This document shows, piece by piece, positions 1-14,726 of a stretch of DNA of 64,000 nucleotides; the first letter of the stretch is position 1; each line of letters opens with the position of its first letter. The DNA comes from Stylophora pistillata (Eukaryota), in NCBI RefSeq assembly GCF_002571385.2, contig NW_019217954.1:129698-193697 (forward strand), written 5' to 3'. The notes under the pieces are model-generated. The model saw only the letters and a list, made by a program, of their open reading frames with translations, ran no database searches and was not told the DNA's origin. Both the position numbers and the translations under genes were made by a program.

Positions 1-357
1 GGGGGGCTTATTAATTTAGAACTCAATAAAGAACTCAATTTTATGATCTCACTCTCTCGATGGACCTTATTTAGCCCTGTTATGTTTTTGGCATCGCTCT
101 GTAATTTACGTATACCGTATTCTATTGATACCAACATAACATCAGTCAATCAATCACCATAATTTTAAATGACAAACTAAAATTACAGTACTTGAATAAA
201 TTTATCGTACTTACTGACATGGAGTGTTATTTTGAATTTTTGTTTTTTGAGGGGGAGGGGTGGGGGGCTTAATAAATTTCTTCCTCTGAAGAGAGGGGGT
301 TATTAGAAAGAGGTGGCTCATTAGAGGGGGGGGGAGGCTTACAAGAGGATTTACGGC
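1..357 (-). mobile_element. Second copy of the same MITE, opposite orientation, cut by the window edge
   Basis: 111-243 is the reverse complement of 3310-3448; ends in GAGGATTTACGG. Confidence 0.75.
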
Positions 358-506
358 AGTTTCATCTTGGGTCATCCCTGTCTCTTTGTTGATCGTCTAC
401 GCTACGTGGCGGACATGTCAAGGGTTTACTCTACCAAAAGATGAAAATGACCTCTAAGCGCCCCTATCAATATCACGCACGGTATTTCATTTTGAATATG
501 ACTTAC

Positions 507-1884
507 TAGCACTGGTAGTCGAAGTATTTCGGACCAAGCTCGGTCTGACAGCCAATCTTGGGCGGGGTTCTCAATCTCCTTGGGAATAGCGGAGCCACCA
601 GCCAATAGGAAACGCCACTCATCCTGAAAGAGGACAATATATCAGCGTCCAAGAAACGATTATCAAAAATTTAAGACACTACAAGTTAAGGTATCAATGC
701 TCACCATGTTGATCTTGTTGTCGTTCATCAGGATTCTGACGCACACGAGGAATGAGAACAAAAGTTTATCTTTTTCGAACAAGCTGCGACACACGTTAGA
801 GTACAAGCTGAATGTGAAATAGTTGTTGATGTTCTCGATTCGCTTTTCCAAGTTATCTGATACGAGGGAGGAAAAAAAAACACAGATTGTCAGGTATTAA
901 ACAACCAAAAAAGGAATAAAAGGCGAAAGCTCAGCAATAAGTTACTTTTAACGTGTCAGAGAAACAATTAGACTACATACCTGACGCATCAGCGTTAGCT
1001 ATGCTGTTAAGAAAGATGCGGATAAACCACTCCAAAGAGTACTGGTACATAGGGTCTATGTTGGCCTGGAAAAATAATCAATAAAAGTTACGCTAAAAGA
1101 GGACCGCCATCAGGGAAATTAGTTTGACGGGTCCTTTCCTTTCAGTTTCTGTATTATGTGAATCAACTCCTAAAGCAAACCTGTTCGTAAATTAATTTTC
1201 TGGTCGAGGATGCGATGGGATATTTTAGGTGATAGACTTACACGTGGCATTCACGTGATCTCCGGGTCATCTAGAAATGTGAAAGGAAATGCTTACCAAG
1301 TCATAAGTACAGAAGAAGAGTATCTGAGTTCTGACAGCTACAGGGATGTATTGACTACGTGTCTCGTCAATATCTTTTTCAGTCTGTTCTGCAATCACCA
1401 CTTTAGCCTGAAACGATGAACGTAGTTTCACTTACCAAGGAATTGATGACTTAAAAGCGTCTCAATATAAATAATAAAAGAACAGAATTTGACGCAATCT
1501 TACGTTTAAAGTTTCCAACATCAATTAGATAGCAAATAAAGGCTGGCTCGCTTAGACAGTTGACAAATACTGCCTGCGTGCAATGGGAAAGACGTCGAGC
1601 CAATCAAACGCTTCACTACCAAGGAGTAAGTGTTGGTAACGTCATCTCTCGTTCTCCCAACAACTAAATCGCCCGAGGATACAAACAGTACTAACCACTA
1701 AATTTTGCGAATTATCTCTTGCGCGCAAGCGTGATTTCGTAACAAAGGGTTAAGTTTGGAGATTTTCTGACAACTCCACACTGATATCTTCTTGCACGGA
1801 TCGCAGACATCGCACATATACAAGGATTTGGCACTTTCCTCACTAGCAATCTAATACTTCTTAAAGAGGACGCGCACACAGACA

Positions 1885-1916
<32 letters not shown>

Positions 1917-3801
1917 CGGACCAGAAGTTTCCCCATTTACCTTGATTTCCATGGACTTGGCTTTGGACTGCTCTAGCGTGTGAATTAAATCAATATCATC
2001 CACAGGGCTGCCTTCAGATGCCGATAGTTTGTGGAGAATCTTGTCCTCAATCTCTTTGAGCTCTTGTTTCATTTTTGCATTGCTGACAATCAACTGATTC
2101 TTAGCTTCTTCTAAATCAGGCCTCTCCTCAGCAACCACTAGAGCTAACAGCTGATCTTCAAGACCGCTACAAAACAAAAAAAGCAAAAAAACTAACAGTA
2201 AATCACAAGTATTTTGGGAGAAGGCAGACGAGAGAAACAGGACTTGCACGACACAGTTAGGTATGTAGGTAGGCTTTATTTAGCCAGGGTGGCCCATTCA
2301 GCAACGAGGCTGATATCCAGAGGGGCCCTGGAGTAAAAAATTACAATAGTTAAGAATACAAGACATCTTGAAAGCTGAAAATACAGGATAAAATTTAAAA
2401 ATACAAAAAATAATTTATTAGTTCTACTAATTCTTCGTAATCTATGATGGAGAGTTACTTTAAGCACATAAGCTGCCAATACTGATTTTATTTTATAGGA
2501 GAATGAATGTCAGCATGAGAAGCGTCACGAAACCAAACCTGACGTATTTACCGAAACAGGTAAATATCAAGGTAAAGGTAAGGTAAATATCACAAGGAAA
2601 AAAGTGAAAACTCAAGGTAAAACAAACAAACTGGGTGTGGCAAAGGAAGACTTGAAAAAACAGGGCATAGTAATCTTTAGCTTGCATCTATTCGGTTATG
2701 AAGAAGATTCCATGGGTTGAACAATCACGGAATAAAGAGGATAAAAAGCAAGGGTTAACTGAAAATTGCACCATAAGCGACTATTTTTTCCAACTACTGC
2801 TAAACACAAGAACGTTTATTTTTGGCTTGTCGTTTGTGTGTTGCATGACATATCGACTATGTTTATTTAATATAACTTGACAAAACGATTTCGTTTCTAC
2901 CACCATTCTACGTACCCTGGTGAAAGAGTGAAGTTGACAATTGTGACCTTTGTGGACACCTCAGGAGTGTAGTGTGGGTTAGGAAGCTTTGTAGTGATGT
3001 AAAACTTAAAGTCATCGTGGTAAGGGATAATGGCGTCTCCGAGTTTGATCACTGTACTGCCTGACTGCTTGAACGTCTGAAACACAAAATTATTTCACCA
3101 TATGCGCAACACAAAGACACATGATAAGATCGCCAATAGTTGTGTTTTCGCGGGTTCATAGGGTTCACAACTGAACTGTTACCTCACAACTGTGAAGAAG
3201 GTACCGTAAATCCTCTTTTAAGCCCCCCCTCTAATAACCCACCCCTCTTTAGAGGAAGAAATTTATTAAGCTTCCCCTCTATTAAGCCCACCATCCCTCC
3301 CCCTTAAAAAAAAAACTCAAAATAACACTCCATGTTAGTAAATACGATAAATTTATTCAAGTACTGTAATTTTAGTTTGTCATTTAAAATTGATTATGGT
3401 GATTGAATGATTGATGTTATCATGTTGGCATCAATAGAATACGGTATACTGAAGATTTTGACTCTGCCAGTTTGGTAAATGTAAAAAATGTAAAATGAGA
3501 ACAATAATTGAATAAATACAGTACATCATATCCTATTGTATCCTGGTAGTGAACATCGGGCTAAATTAATGACCCCATCCCCGTCTAATAAGCCCCCCCT
3601 CCTCTAACAAGCCAACCCCCAAAGTACCTGAAATAAATAAGCCCCCCCCCCCCGAAAGGCTTCTTAGAGGATTTATGGTACATCTAACAGATAAAGTTTA
3701 TATCACAGTCGCAACATTATGGGGCAGATGAATCGCCCTTGCACCTTTCAGAAATTGACATTTTAATTTTGAATAAATATATCTTATTAGACGTTTTGTT
3801 G

Positions 3802-3851
<50 letters not shown>

Positions 3852-6800
3852 GTAGGGCGAGTCAAAATACAAATAACGAGTAAAAATACTCAGCGATACT
3901 ACACAACAAAATGTGTAATAAGTTATTTATTATCCAACACGCCAAACTGTTATTTCAGTGCGGGCGAATTTCGCAGATGTTTATTTACGGGGAGTGCGTG
4001 ACAGAAGTATGCGAAGTAGAACGGAATTGGCGCGTTGTTGTGCTGCTGTTTCTATTTTCTTCATTAAATGAAGAAATTTTCTCTCCGTCAAGCTGTTTTT
4101 CTTCGTTTGATTCATCTAATGAACTTGGATCTATATTTGCCAGCCATTCTGACTCTTCGTCGTCGGAAATATGATTCAAATTGTCCGCCATTTGTTTTTT
4201 TTTCGTAACTACAATCCAATTCTTCGCTTGCGCGATGCGAGAAAACCTGTTTAACCGGTACTCTACAATAGACGAGTACATAGACGAGTACAAATACCGC
4301 GTAATATTTGTACTCGTCTATGGCGTTATTTGTACTCGTCTAGATGTACTTGGATAATAAAGAATGATAGTTTCGAAAGAAACTGTTTGTGGCTGCGTCG
4401 GTGGGAGTAACGAAATAATTTGGATATATCAACAAAGTTTAGCCCTCCGACGAAGGGCTAACGCTCGAAACGTCAGCTTTTGTAATCGTTACGGTGGCCA
4501 ATTTACCATTTCAACTTTGTTGATAAATCCAAATTATTTTAATTTTGAGCTGTGTTCAAATATCTATCTTCAAAAATAGATGTACAATTTTCTTACTTGT
4601 TTTAGCAAGATAGGTTCTAAAGCTGGATCCAGTTCCTCTCCAACATTTTCCAACAAGCACGGTTTACCGAAACGCACAGCGTTTTCTAAGCTTCTTAGGA
4701 AATCTCGGTCGCTGAGTTTGATTACGTCAAGACCAGCGTCTTTTTCCTAAGGAACCAAAACCTTTTAGTCATGAAAACAAATTAGGTTATAACTTTACAT
4801 AATAAGCAAATCAATTCAGGGATGTGAATTGACTCAAGGAAGAATGAAAAGGTACTCTTAACTTGATTAAAATAAGGTTGGAAAAGAAAAATGGGCCAGC
4901 AAAAAAAAACATGCAAATAAACGAATGAACTACTGAAATTGGCAGCCGAGATGAACCAATTATAAAATCCTCGAAGTGACGGGACATAAGTCCGGAAATG
5001 GAATTGGTTTTCGCATAATCTGTTGGTTGGTAAATTCCTTTAACACATGGTCACACGGAGACGCTTACAATCAGATCCATTCAAAATCATATTTTATCCT
5101 TGGTCTAAAATTGGGTTGATCCTTCATAATTAGCAAGTACTATCTCGAAATTGTGGCCCATTTTCAATCTACGCGAGATTTTCAACCACATGAGATGTGA
5201 TCAATGCAGGTGTCAAGACCTGGTTAGCTAATGAACTTACTAAGCTCTTAATCCACTTATTAGCCTGCCCTTGAGGGTCAATAAAAAGCGGCCATCTCTG
5301 AGAGAACTGCACAATAACACCATTCTCCACAGACAGCGTGTCACGGGGCAAACCAGCGATCTGCCAGTTCCGAATCTTTACAGGATCTCCAAGTGTTGGC
5401 ACGAGTGAACAGTTGTCTGAATGAGGGATTTCCAGACCACGTAATTCTCTTAACCATTCCTCGACCATTGATACGCGGTATTCGCCCTGAGGATGAAAGA
5501 GAATCATTTTTTCTTTTCAGTCTACGCAAATCGTAGGGGAAGGAGGAGGTTCGGATACTTTTCTTGCCCGTCACGTGATTGAACGACTAAGTCCTCTTGA
5601 AGTTCACAATGATGAGGCTGATGGCATAGATGATAATGATGACGAAGAAAAAGACAATAAAATTACTATAATATACACAGTGACACTGTTTAATGATGTT
5701 TTTAATGATAATGACAATGATAACGACAATGACAATGATATTGATTGTGATAATGATAATGACAATGACGATAACAATAATAATGACAATGATAATGATT
5801 ATGATTGTGATAATGACAAAGACAAAGCGTAAAGTTTACTTCTGTAGATAGCGCATGTTAAAGAGAATAGAGATAAACACGGAGACACGAAAAGGCAGAT
5901 CAGTGAGATTTTGGTAAGAGAGAGGTAACAGGTGAACTCGGGGATCTTGGAAAAAAACATAGCGAGGGGGCCTTGAACCGGTGGCTACCGAATAATAGGA
6001 TCAACCCCTCACTACTGTGTCACGCTGAATCTTTGACTCGCAATATTCCAGTTAACTTTGCAGCGGATATTCTTCCTAAATCTAATTTTCTTGATGGACT
6101 GAAAGTTTTGTCTTGAACGGTAGTAAAACTACTTCGGTGTAAGTAACTTAATTGCTTCCCCTGAGAAACAAAGCTGCAAGAAACATGGGGAAAACATTGA
6201 GGCAATTGGTGGATCATCAGTTCCTTGTCCCCCGACAAAGTAAGCCGCCATACACAGGTGTCATAATTTATGACCAACTCAAAAATCTTTTTAAAACGAA
6301 GGACTCTGTAATAAGCAAAGCAAGTCATAATCAGCCTCGCAGGTGATCAGCTTGCATGAACAAATGTAAATTACGTGGCTTGTCTAGCTCTCCTTCAAAA
6401 AAAAAAAACATCAGTCGATGGAGACAAAAAAGGATACTGTTGTCAAGATGAAACTGATCGGTTTCAAAAAAAAAAAAAAACTAGAGGACGAATTTTAGAC
6501 ATGTTTTGCATCTATTAAAGGTCGCAACAATCACTTTTAAGGGAGAAAAACATTTTGTCAAATGCTAGTCCATATGTGCTATTCAAGCGCTAATGAGTCA
6601 ATGGACACCCGCCCGAGGATATATAGCAAACAGACCAAAGACGACAACGTCAATGTTTGTGACTTAAGCATAGAGGTAAACAAAAGACTTCTCAACAGGT
6701 CACGTTCGCCTGAAAATGGTAACCATTTTCCCTTTTTAATGACCATTAACAGATGAATAGATACGACATTTTTGAAAACGGTAAGAACATAAAATTTATC

Positions 6801-9800
6801 ACAGTACAACAAAACGTAGTTTAGAGATCATTCTATTTGAAAAATACAAATAACTATTGTTTTTAGGAACAATTCAGAGCACGTACTCATCTTGTTCAGC
6901 AAAAAAGTGCATCCAAACTTACTCATGACATTGACCCTTTTAGACAACTTCTTCTTAAAGTGAGTTCTAAATCTGGGTGGCACATCAAGTTTATGTCACT
7001 AAACTGCAGCTGCTGGCGAGTTTCTTTTTTGAACTCTTTAGCCTGTTAAACACTGTATTCCAATTGCAAGAAAAAGTAAAATGGCGCTCCACCGCCAAAA
7101 GAAATGTGGTACTTTTTCTTTGTTTGAGCTTCATCAAATCCTCGTAGACAACAAATCTTTTAAAACTTGCGACTACTACTGCAGCACTAACGAATAACAA
7201 AAATACATTTTTCAAATTTTCCAAAAGTCAGGCCGGGGTGGCATGAAAATTTTTCGCCGTTAAATGGTAAAAAGATTTAATAATTTTCGGTTTCCAAGTA
7301 TTTAAAACGAGGGCCAACCTTTTGCGATCTCTATTAAACACAAGACACGCGGTTGGTAAGCTTTGAACCAAAGCAAGATATTTGATCCTCTGCCCACAAG
7401 CCTCACTTATTGCCGAAATTGCGACTACTTCCAGGAGATCTGTTGTGGATCACTTTACAAGGACTTGCACTTCATGAACTGAACAACTAGTCAGTGTTAT
7501 TGCACGCATTATTCAGTGAAATTCCAACCCTTGGCGTCGTCACAGATGTTTCTTTACTTTTCCCCATTGTAGAAAGGACTTGACACCAAAAGACAGGTTT
7601 GTCTCTTAAGTAACGGTAACAATCTTTCAATCAAAGACGGGAACGCTTGTAACCTTCAGCCAGGTTACACGGTAATATGGTGGTGGGCTGTGGCGTTACA
7701 CAAGGTAAATTACTTTAAGTTTTTTTCTTTTTTTTTTTTTCAGAGTTAGCAGTTCATTGCTACACACGATTTTCCCCTTCTTTAATCGAGTATTTGTTTT
7801 TTCTTCACTGGTTTTGACAACGTTTGTGGAACTATTAGTCAGTATAATCGTTACGATCATTTAGTTAGGCGAACCCCTCGGCTGGTGTGGCAGTATTGCC
7901 CATGCTTACTGTGTTTGCAGGAAGTACTTCTTCGTTTTCTTTACGCCACCGCAGAATCCTTACAAATGCTTTTCGGAAGTTTGGTAAACGCCAGGCATAA
8001 ATAAAAGGATTCAACCCCGAGGAACACAGAACAAAGACGAACTGCATGTCACGACAGACGTGGATTGTGTAACAACTGCACGACGAGCACAGATTCATAA
8101 CGTATATCATGACAAGCGATGGCGTATAACAACACAAAAATAGCCCCAACATGACAACAAACGCCTGCGTAATGTTCCTCTCAAAAGCCGCTGCTCTAAT
8201 CTTTGCTCGGTTTTCTTCTGTTTGCGAGCTGTTCCGTAGCATGTTCCACTCCATAACCTGAGCTCTCATTTTTCTCAAGGATCCAGCGTAAGTCGCCAGA
8301 AATATGACCAAAGTCAACGCTATGGCCGTGTTTGCGAAAACAAATGTATAAGGTAAATATCCGACTTCGAAGTAAATAAAGGGCAAAGTGAACGAGACGA
8401 GCCAAATTGTAGCCGCAATTACGGAGGCGCGTGTGGTGGTCAGTCTTGCTCGGTATTGTAGAGGATGACTTATGGCTGTGAAGCGATCAACTGTCAGGGC
8501 TGCGAGATTCAATACTGATGCGGTGCAAGAGATGAAGTAGGACATGTGGATAGACCACACGTTATTCAACTTTAGGGAAAATCCCTCGCGGAAATGCATG
8601 TATATCGATAGTGGCTCCACCACCATACCCACGATCAGATCTGAAATGGCCAGATTTATCACGAAGAAAGTAAATGGCGTCCTCAAGCGTTTGTACGGGT
8701 CTGTCAACACTGCCAAACAAACTAAAAAGTTACCAGGTATGGTAAGGAGAGCAAGACCAAGAGAAAGTGCTGCTGTTATGAATGGAAGGGTATCAGGTGC
8801 TGGTACCCCGTCACAAGAATTCCCGCCGAAAGTCATCTCTGAAAACTCGATCGAACGTCAAAGACTTGCGTTTAAGCTTTTTAATCCAACGTGTCTTCAG
8901 TTAGCTATTAATTTCAGTGGTTTTCGACGACTATTTTAGGAAAAAAATGGGATTAATTTTGATTGATGGCTATCAAACTGTGCCGGCGCTTTCGGTTCCG
9001 GCCGCGAATTTGGGCTTGACTCCCACTGTGCAGCTTAACCTTACGACTGCTATCTTTAACACTGAAAGACGATGTAGCACTGACTTGAAATAGAACTTGT
9101 TGGAAACGTGCCACATTGAAAGCCCAATAGTTTGCCTTCGAGCACAAAGAAACCGCAAGCACGGGCAGCTGTTCAAAGAGTGTGATCTGCACTACACAAT
9201 AGATGACGCTTTTCACTTTGTGGGCAACGGTGCAATCAAGCCTCTTGACATGATCTCCTAGTGGATATTGCATCACTAACTTAAAATAAAAGGAATCTTA
9301 TAATTCTGAATTTGAAACTCAGCTATCTTCAAACAGTCTTATGCTAGTGGAACGCTTTACATGCTTCTGTCAGTAAGTATTGATGGATAGCAGTAATTCA
9401 CCGCTGTCACTTAATCCTAATGCAGCTGACAGGCTTAATTGCATTCTCACCTCGTCGGAAATGGAATCTTGATTAATAAAAACCCGGTAAGGATTTAACC
9501 TTCTGTAAAAATGAACGAAACTTTGAGAAAAGCCTCTAGTATCATTAAGCCCCCTTAATAACGAAAAAACATAAAAACGTAAGTTCAATATACAGCTAGC
9601 ATTTTGAGAAAAGAGAAGGTTTGATCAGATCCGTCGAACTTTCCATTTTTAGGAAAATCTCATTTGCTTCAAACAGCAAACAACCCCAGACCGGTGCAAT
9701 AACTGCAAAATGTGAAAGCAAATATCGTGGCCTGTGACACTTCCCACAAGATATCGTTCAAACGAAGCTGATAGGAATCAACTTCAAGTGGAGTTGTATA

Positions 9801-12800
9801 ATATCTATAGCTTAACAAGTCCTTCCTTTTTCTCAAACATTTACATGAAAGGAAGGCAGGAGCTATCAAAAAGTGAATTATTCGATTTCGGCGAACGTGA
9901 CAACAAAGTATACACACATTTCATGAACTAACAGAGAACGCCCTCAGGCATCGAAACACTATTTCTACTGCTGTGAATTGAGAAGCACGTCATTAAAAGG
10001 GGAAAAATTTACTTGAAGATGAACTGAAAATGGGTGAACAGCAATGTAGTTTATAGTGTCGATTCTTTATTACTTCGTATCTAGTTTCTGACGTTGTCTA
10101 ATCCAGCCTGAAGTTGAAAACATTGATTGCAAGTTATCAAAGAAAACAGATGCAGTTCGGAAAATCTCCTACATTTGAAAGCTTTAAAAGAAATTCAGTA
10201 TAATTCTCTTTGTAAGGAATTTGATTATTGGATGCTCTAAAAAAATGGAAACAATTATACTGAAAAGGCTTCTGACGAAGGGATAAAGAAACCCCAGATT
10301 AAAATTAAACCTTGGGTTAGTGTTCCTTCGAACAACTGGGTCCAAAGTGATAAGAAAGCCATTAACATAAGTTATAAAGGTTGAACTATCAACACTTCAT
10401 TAAGCAAACTTATGGCGTCCCATCGGGGCCAAAATTCAACATTGCGATTTGACATTGTACTTTTAGTATTCTTCCTTATTTCGCTATTGGACATTCAAGT
10501 TTTTATTCCTTATGAAACTTTTTCCGATTCAAAATTGTCTTTTTTACAATTAACTTCCAAGTTTCAAGTATTAATCACTGTACTTCTCGTAATTCCACTT
10601 TGTAGTTGTGGCAATGCAATATTTTTGTACTTATGGTATTGATGTATTCAACATGCAGTACTTCGCGCTATTCAACATTCAACTTTCCATCATCCAACCA
10701 CAACCCAGCTATTAACGAATGTAAGCCTCATAACTTCGTAAAATGCCAATATGGTGGTCAGACTTCCTAACGCTTCTTGGCTATGCGCGGAGAAAATTAT
10801 ATTATGAGTGCATGTGTTTCCAAATAAACACTTCCTTTTTAGCGATCAACACTGAGGAGAAACGGTACCTTTTCTTGCTAAAGCTTACAGGCAATTTTTC
10901 ATGGATATCCCACATTTGAAGAAACCTTAACAGTGGTATATAGTTTTTTAAACGAGAAAAAATCAAACCTTATCGGCACGTGTGAATGATATTTAAGCTA
11001 ACAGGTCATTTCAAACTCACCGTAAAGGTGCCAAGGTAGGCGATGACCCCGGATGAAATCATGACGTCACCAACAATATTTACAATCTGACCATCAAATG
11101 ACAGCACTGATTCATGCCAGCGGATTTTTTCGTCACCGAGGCCACCAATCAACTGTGAAAGGAAAGAAATGCAAGCTTTCGTCTCCACGAATTACATTAT
11201 TCATGTCGGGCTCCATAGAGAAAGACTCATACACAAAGTTATCACTAAGGTATAAGCGCACGAGGAACAGTCCTTGGGAAAACATTTAAGAGAAAACATT
11301 TAATTAATTATCTCCAAGCTTCATGCCAAAAACAGTTCTACCAGCTTCAGTAACACGTTTTACCCACAATTAATGCTATGCTTCTTTTTCTCAGGTAATA
11401 GTATTTCATCGCAAGCAAGCAGTTAGTTTAGATAATTCTCCGACAATTCGTTAATATTCAGTTACGGCGGCATTAGAAAACAAACAGGAATGGCCCCAGA
11501 ATACGACAAAACCCAGCTGTTTGACTCAGAAAAGAGCTAAACAAAGTCTGTTTCAAATTTGTCAGAACTGGCGTCTCGGACAAGACCAGCAGGTCTGTTT
11601 TTAACGCAACACCATGTAACACCGACCTTTTCAGCTCGACCCAGTCTGGCCGAGCACTGTTCTGTTTTGAATTCTAATTCCTGTTTCTTGGCAATACACT
11701 CCTCGTATTTGGCCTGAAGGGACGCAATGCCCTCCTCCACCTCGGCTAGCCGAGCTTTAGCTTCCGCAAGAACTCGCTGGGTTTCTTGTAGCTCTTCTGT
11801 GGCTTGTTTTAGAGCAGCCTATAGAGGAAGAATAAGCCACGAGAATGACAAGTCATCCTACATATTTCTGCTTTTGTCCCTTAAGGCTTCATTTCAGCAA
11901 AACCTATGAAATGACGCCTCTCTTTTTAAAAAATAGTTTTTTCTGGTATTTGGATAATTCAACATAATTTATGAAAAATTCTTAGAGCATCGATACACCC
12001 GTCAGCTGCGTCACACATTTATAGCCACTTTAAACGCTAAGTTAGAGAATAGATAAAATAAAAAAATTCAAATATCAGTTCGCTCAGGTAGACAAACATC
12101 ATCAAGTACGAATAAACTAAAAATAATCCAGGATGGTTTAGGATAACGCAAATTTACGCGGATTGTAAATAACGCCCTTCAAAAAAATTTCGGGAAAGAA
12201 AAACCGCGACGTAGCTCACTTTAGTCCTAGGATGTCAGGTAATCGATCAGCTGGCCTGTTAATCAGTCATTCTGTTTTGAATAGGGGGGGGGTGACACAT
12301 GGCGGAATCGGGCAGCGGAGTAATCAAGAGTCAAAAGTAACATGTTGAAGACAGCATTCAATGAACTCACCCGTTTAGGAGCCACTGCTTTAGACACAAA
12401 GTGATATTTGTGCATAGCTCGTACCCACTGGCAGATGGACGTACACGCCTTAGACACCTGAAGGTGAGATAGAATCAAAGCCAATCAACCACTTTATTGT
12501 CATTAGTGGTTTTTGGAGCCCTAATGTTCGAAGAAATATTAAAGTGTGTATGATATTTCTATTAACGAAAAGCAAAGGTGCTAGTAGTTGAATCTGTAAG
12601 GAAAGATGTAACAAACACCACAACATTAAAAAGAAAACACGCACATGCACACTCATATGAACACGCACACACGCGCGCGCACACATAGACACGAAAACTT
12701 CTTTTTCGCGTGATGGCCAAAGCTGCGAGGAAGGCCTGAAAATGTATTCAGTATAATTATACTTAAATAATGAGTTAAACTGCTTTGAAGGTTTACCTTC

Positions 12801-14679
12801 GCGATGTTAGCAGGCTGGAAATCTTCGTTGTCAATATACGGTTGTATTTTCTGAATCACTGGATCGGGTATGTTGTCCTGGTGAATTTAAAATGAAAGAA
12901 TAGTGTTATACATCTCATGAGCTTAAACATATCCAGTTTGAAATCAAAGGTAATCCTTACAATATTATTGTCTCGAAGCAATGCGATTTAAACTAGAATC
13001 GCAATATCACCATTCCCACTCAATGGGAAAGAAACACTAAAATCATACAACCAATCGCACTCAATCATACTCATCTTATCTGCTGAAGGATACATGAAAT
13101 AATAGCACCGTACTTAGACCATACATGGTACGATTTCAAAATGAGTCTAACAAAGAGGAAATTGAACTTTGCGTCGTTCAGTTTTGATCTCAAGCCATAC
13201 TTGTGAATTCGGATAGAACTGCACTCCACTTAAATCAACCTAAATCGTGAAAAATATTTCAAGTTGGCGATATGTAGGTAAGTATTCTTTACCTTGTCAA
13301 ACTTGAAAAGACCTTCAAGAAATTTCCCAGGGTCTTGAAGTAAAGCTTTACCAGGCTCCCAGTAGTCATCAACTTTTGTTCCAACCTGCACAATACAAAG
13401 ATGACAAATAACCAAATTATTACAACGTATAAAAGAAGAACCACGGTGGTCAATCATGATACATGATCTATGAATTCAACCAAGCAGGAAACAAACTGAC
13501 GAGCAAACAATAAATCAACCAGTAAAATATTTTGCAACCTTCTTTACTGAGAATAAGCTGGCTTTACAATCAGTTCCTTTAAATTCTTTAAAAAAATCAA
13601 ACAGAATCAACACCTAAATATAACTCTAAGCAGACGCTGAAAAGTTCAATTTTTTTTCCTTTCTCGCTTCCCGAAAACGTCACGTTTCAACTCTCTACTG
13701 TATTGCGTCACGATGCGTTCCATTAAACTGCGTTAGGGTATGTTTCGTAATTTCACTATGCGTGGCTAAGTTGCTCGATAGTATTTACCTTTTCTCCTGC
13801 AATCTTCTTGGGTTTGACACCTTTCATTATACTGACAGCTTCAATCACAAGCTTTACACCTGGAGGAGGACGCTGAAGAGCACGAACCTGTCAGAAAGCA
13901 ACAAGGAAACAAATGTTCAACACCTGCTCAGGAAACCAAACCTTAAAGGAGAAAATAAGTAAAGTTTCTCAGCTCGTCTCCTACCTCCACGACATCAGTT
14001 TTGTTCAAAGATTTTAGACTCGTCAGGGCTGCTTCCTGTAAAGAAAGAATGAACCACTTAGAATCTTAATTCCTAGCTTATTTAACAGATACCCCAGAGA
14101 CTCACCAGGTCTCTAGCTACCTGAAACTCTAAGATTTGAATCTGAAGAATGTGCTGTACAGTTCTCGTACCAGTGCTGGCAGGGCCTCGTCCAAGTCTCT
14201 CTGGGCGTCATCAGCGATGGCCTGGGTCTCTGCAGCTTTCTTAGCGGCTTCCTCTTCTTCTCGTTGTACAATAACTTTTGTCTCGTTAGCAACAACCTGT
14301 TGACAAGAGAAAAATATCATCGTTTTTAATGCATAGCACCAACTGATGTCACAAGATGGAAATGAGCTTGAATAGGTACGGTACACCGTGGCCTTTTAGG
14401 CGTTATCCGCATCATAAAAGAATATGAGAGAGCCTCAGTGTTAAAACCTAAACGAAGTTTATAGAATAAAATCTGAAAAAGGAAAACATCCGCTAACTCA
14501 ACGATATGGTAGGAAACAGAGTCCACTGGCGCAGCATTGTGGATGTTCTTTGCTTCCGTAAAGCTGAATGAATGAATATCATGATAGCACGGAAACGTCG
14601 TGGCATTGGTTCTTAAGGAATACCGAAAACTATTTCAAATATTCTAGCATACGAATACGTAGTAATAATAATGATGATA

Positions 14680-14726
<47 letters not shown>

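Noticed and set aside
2258-2335. Possible L2-type 3' stem-loop with AATAAA/(CCTA)n tail on the minus strand
   Set aside because: Too short, with no supporting ORF that I can verify
5575-5832. Asp/Asn-rich ORF as an acidic biomineralisation protein
   Set aside because: It is an intronic (GAYAAT)n microsatellite with no ATG start or signal peptide
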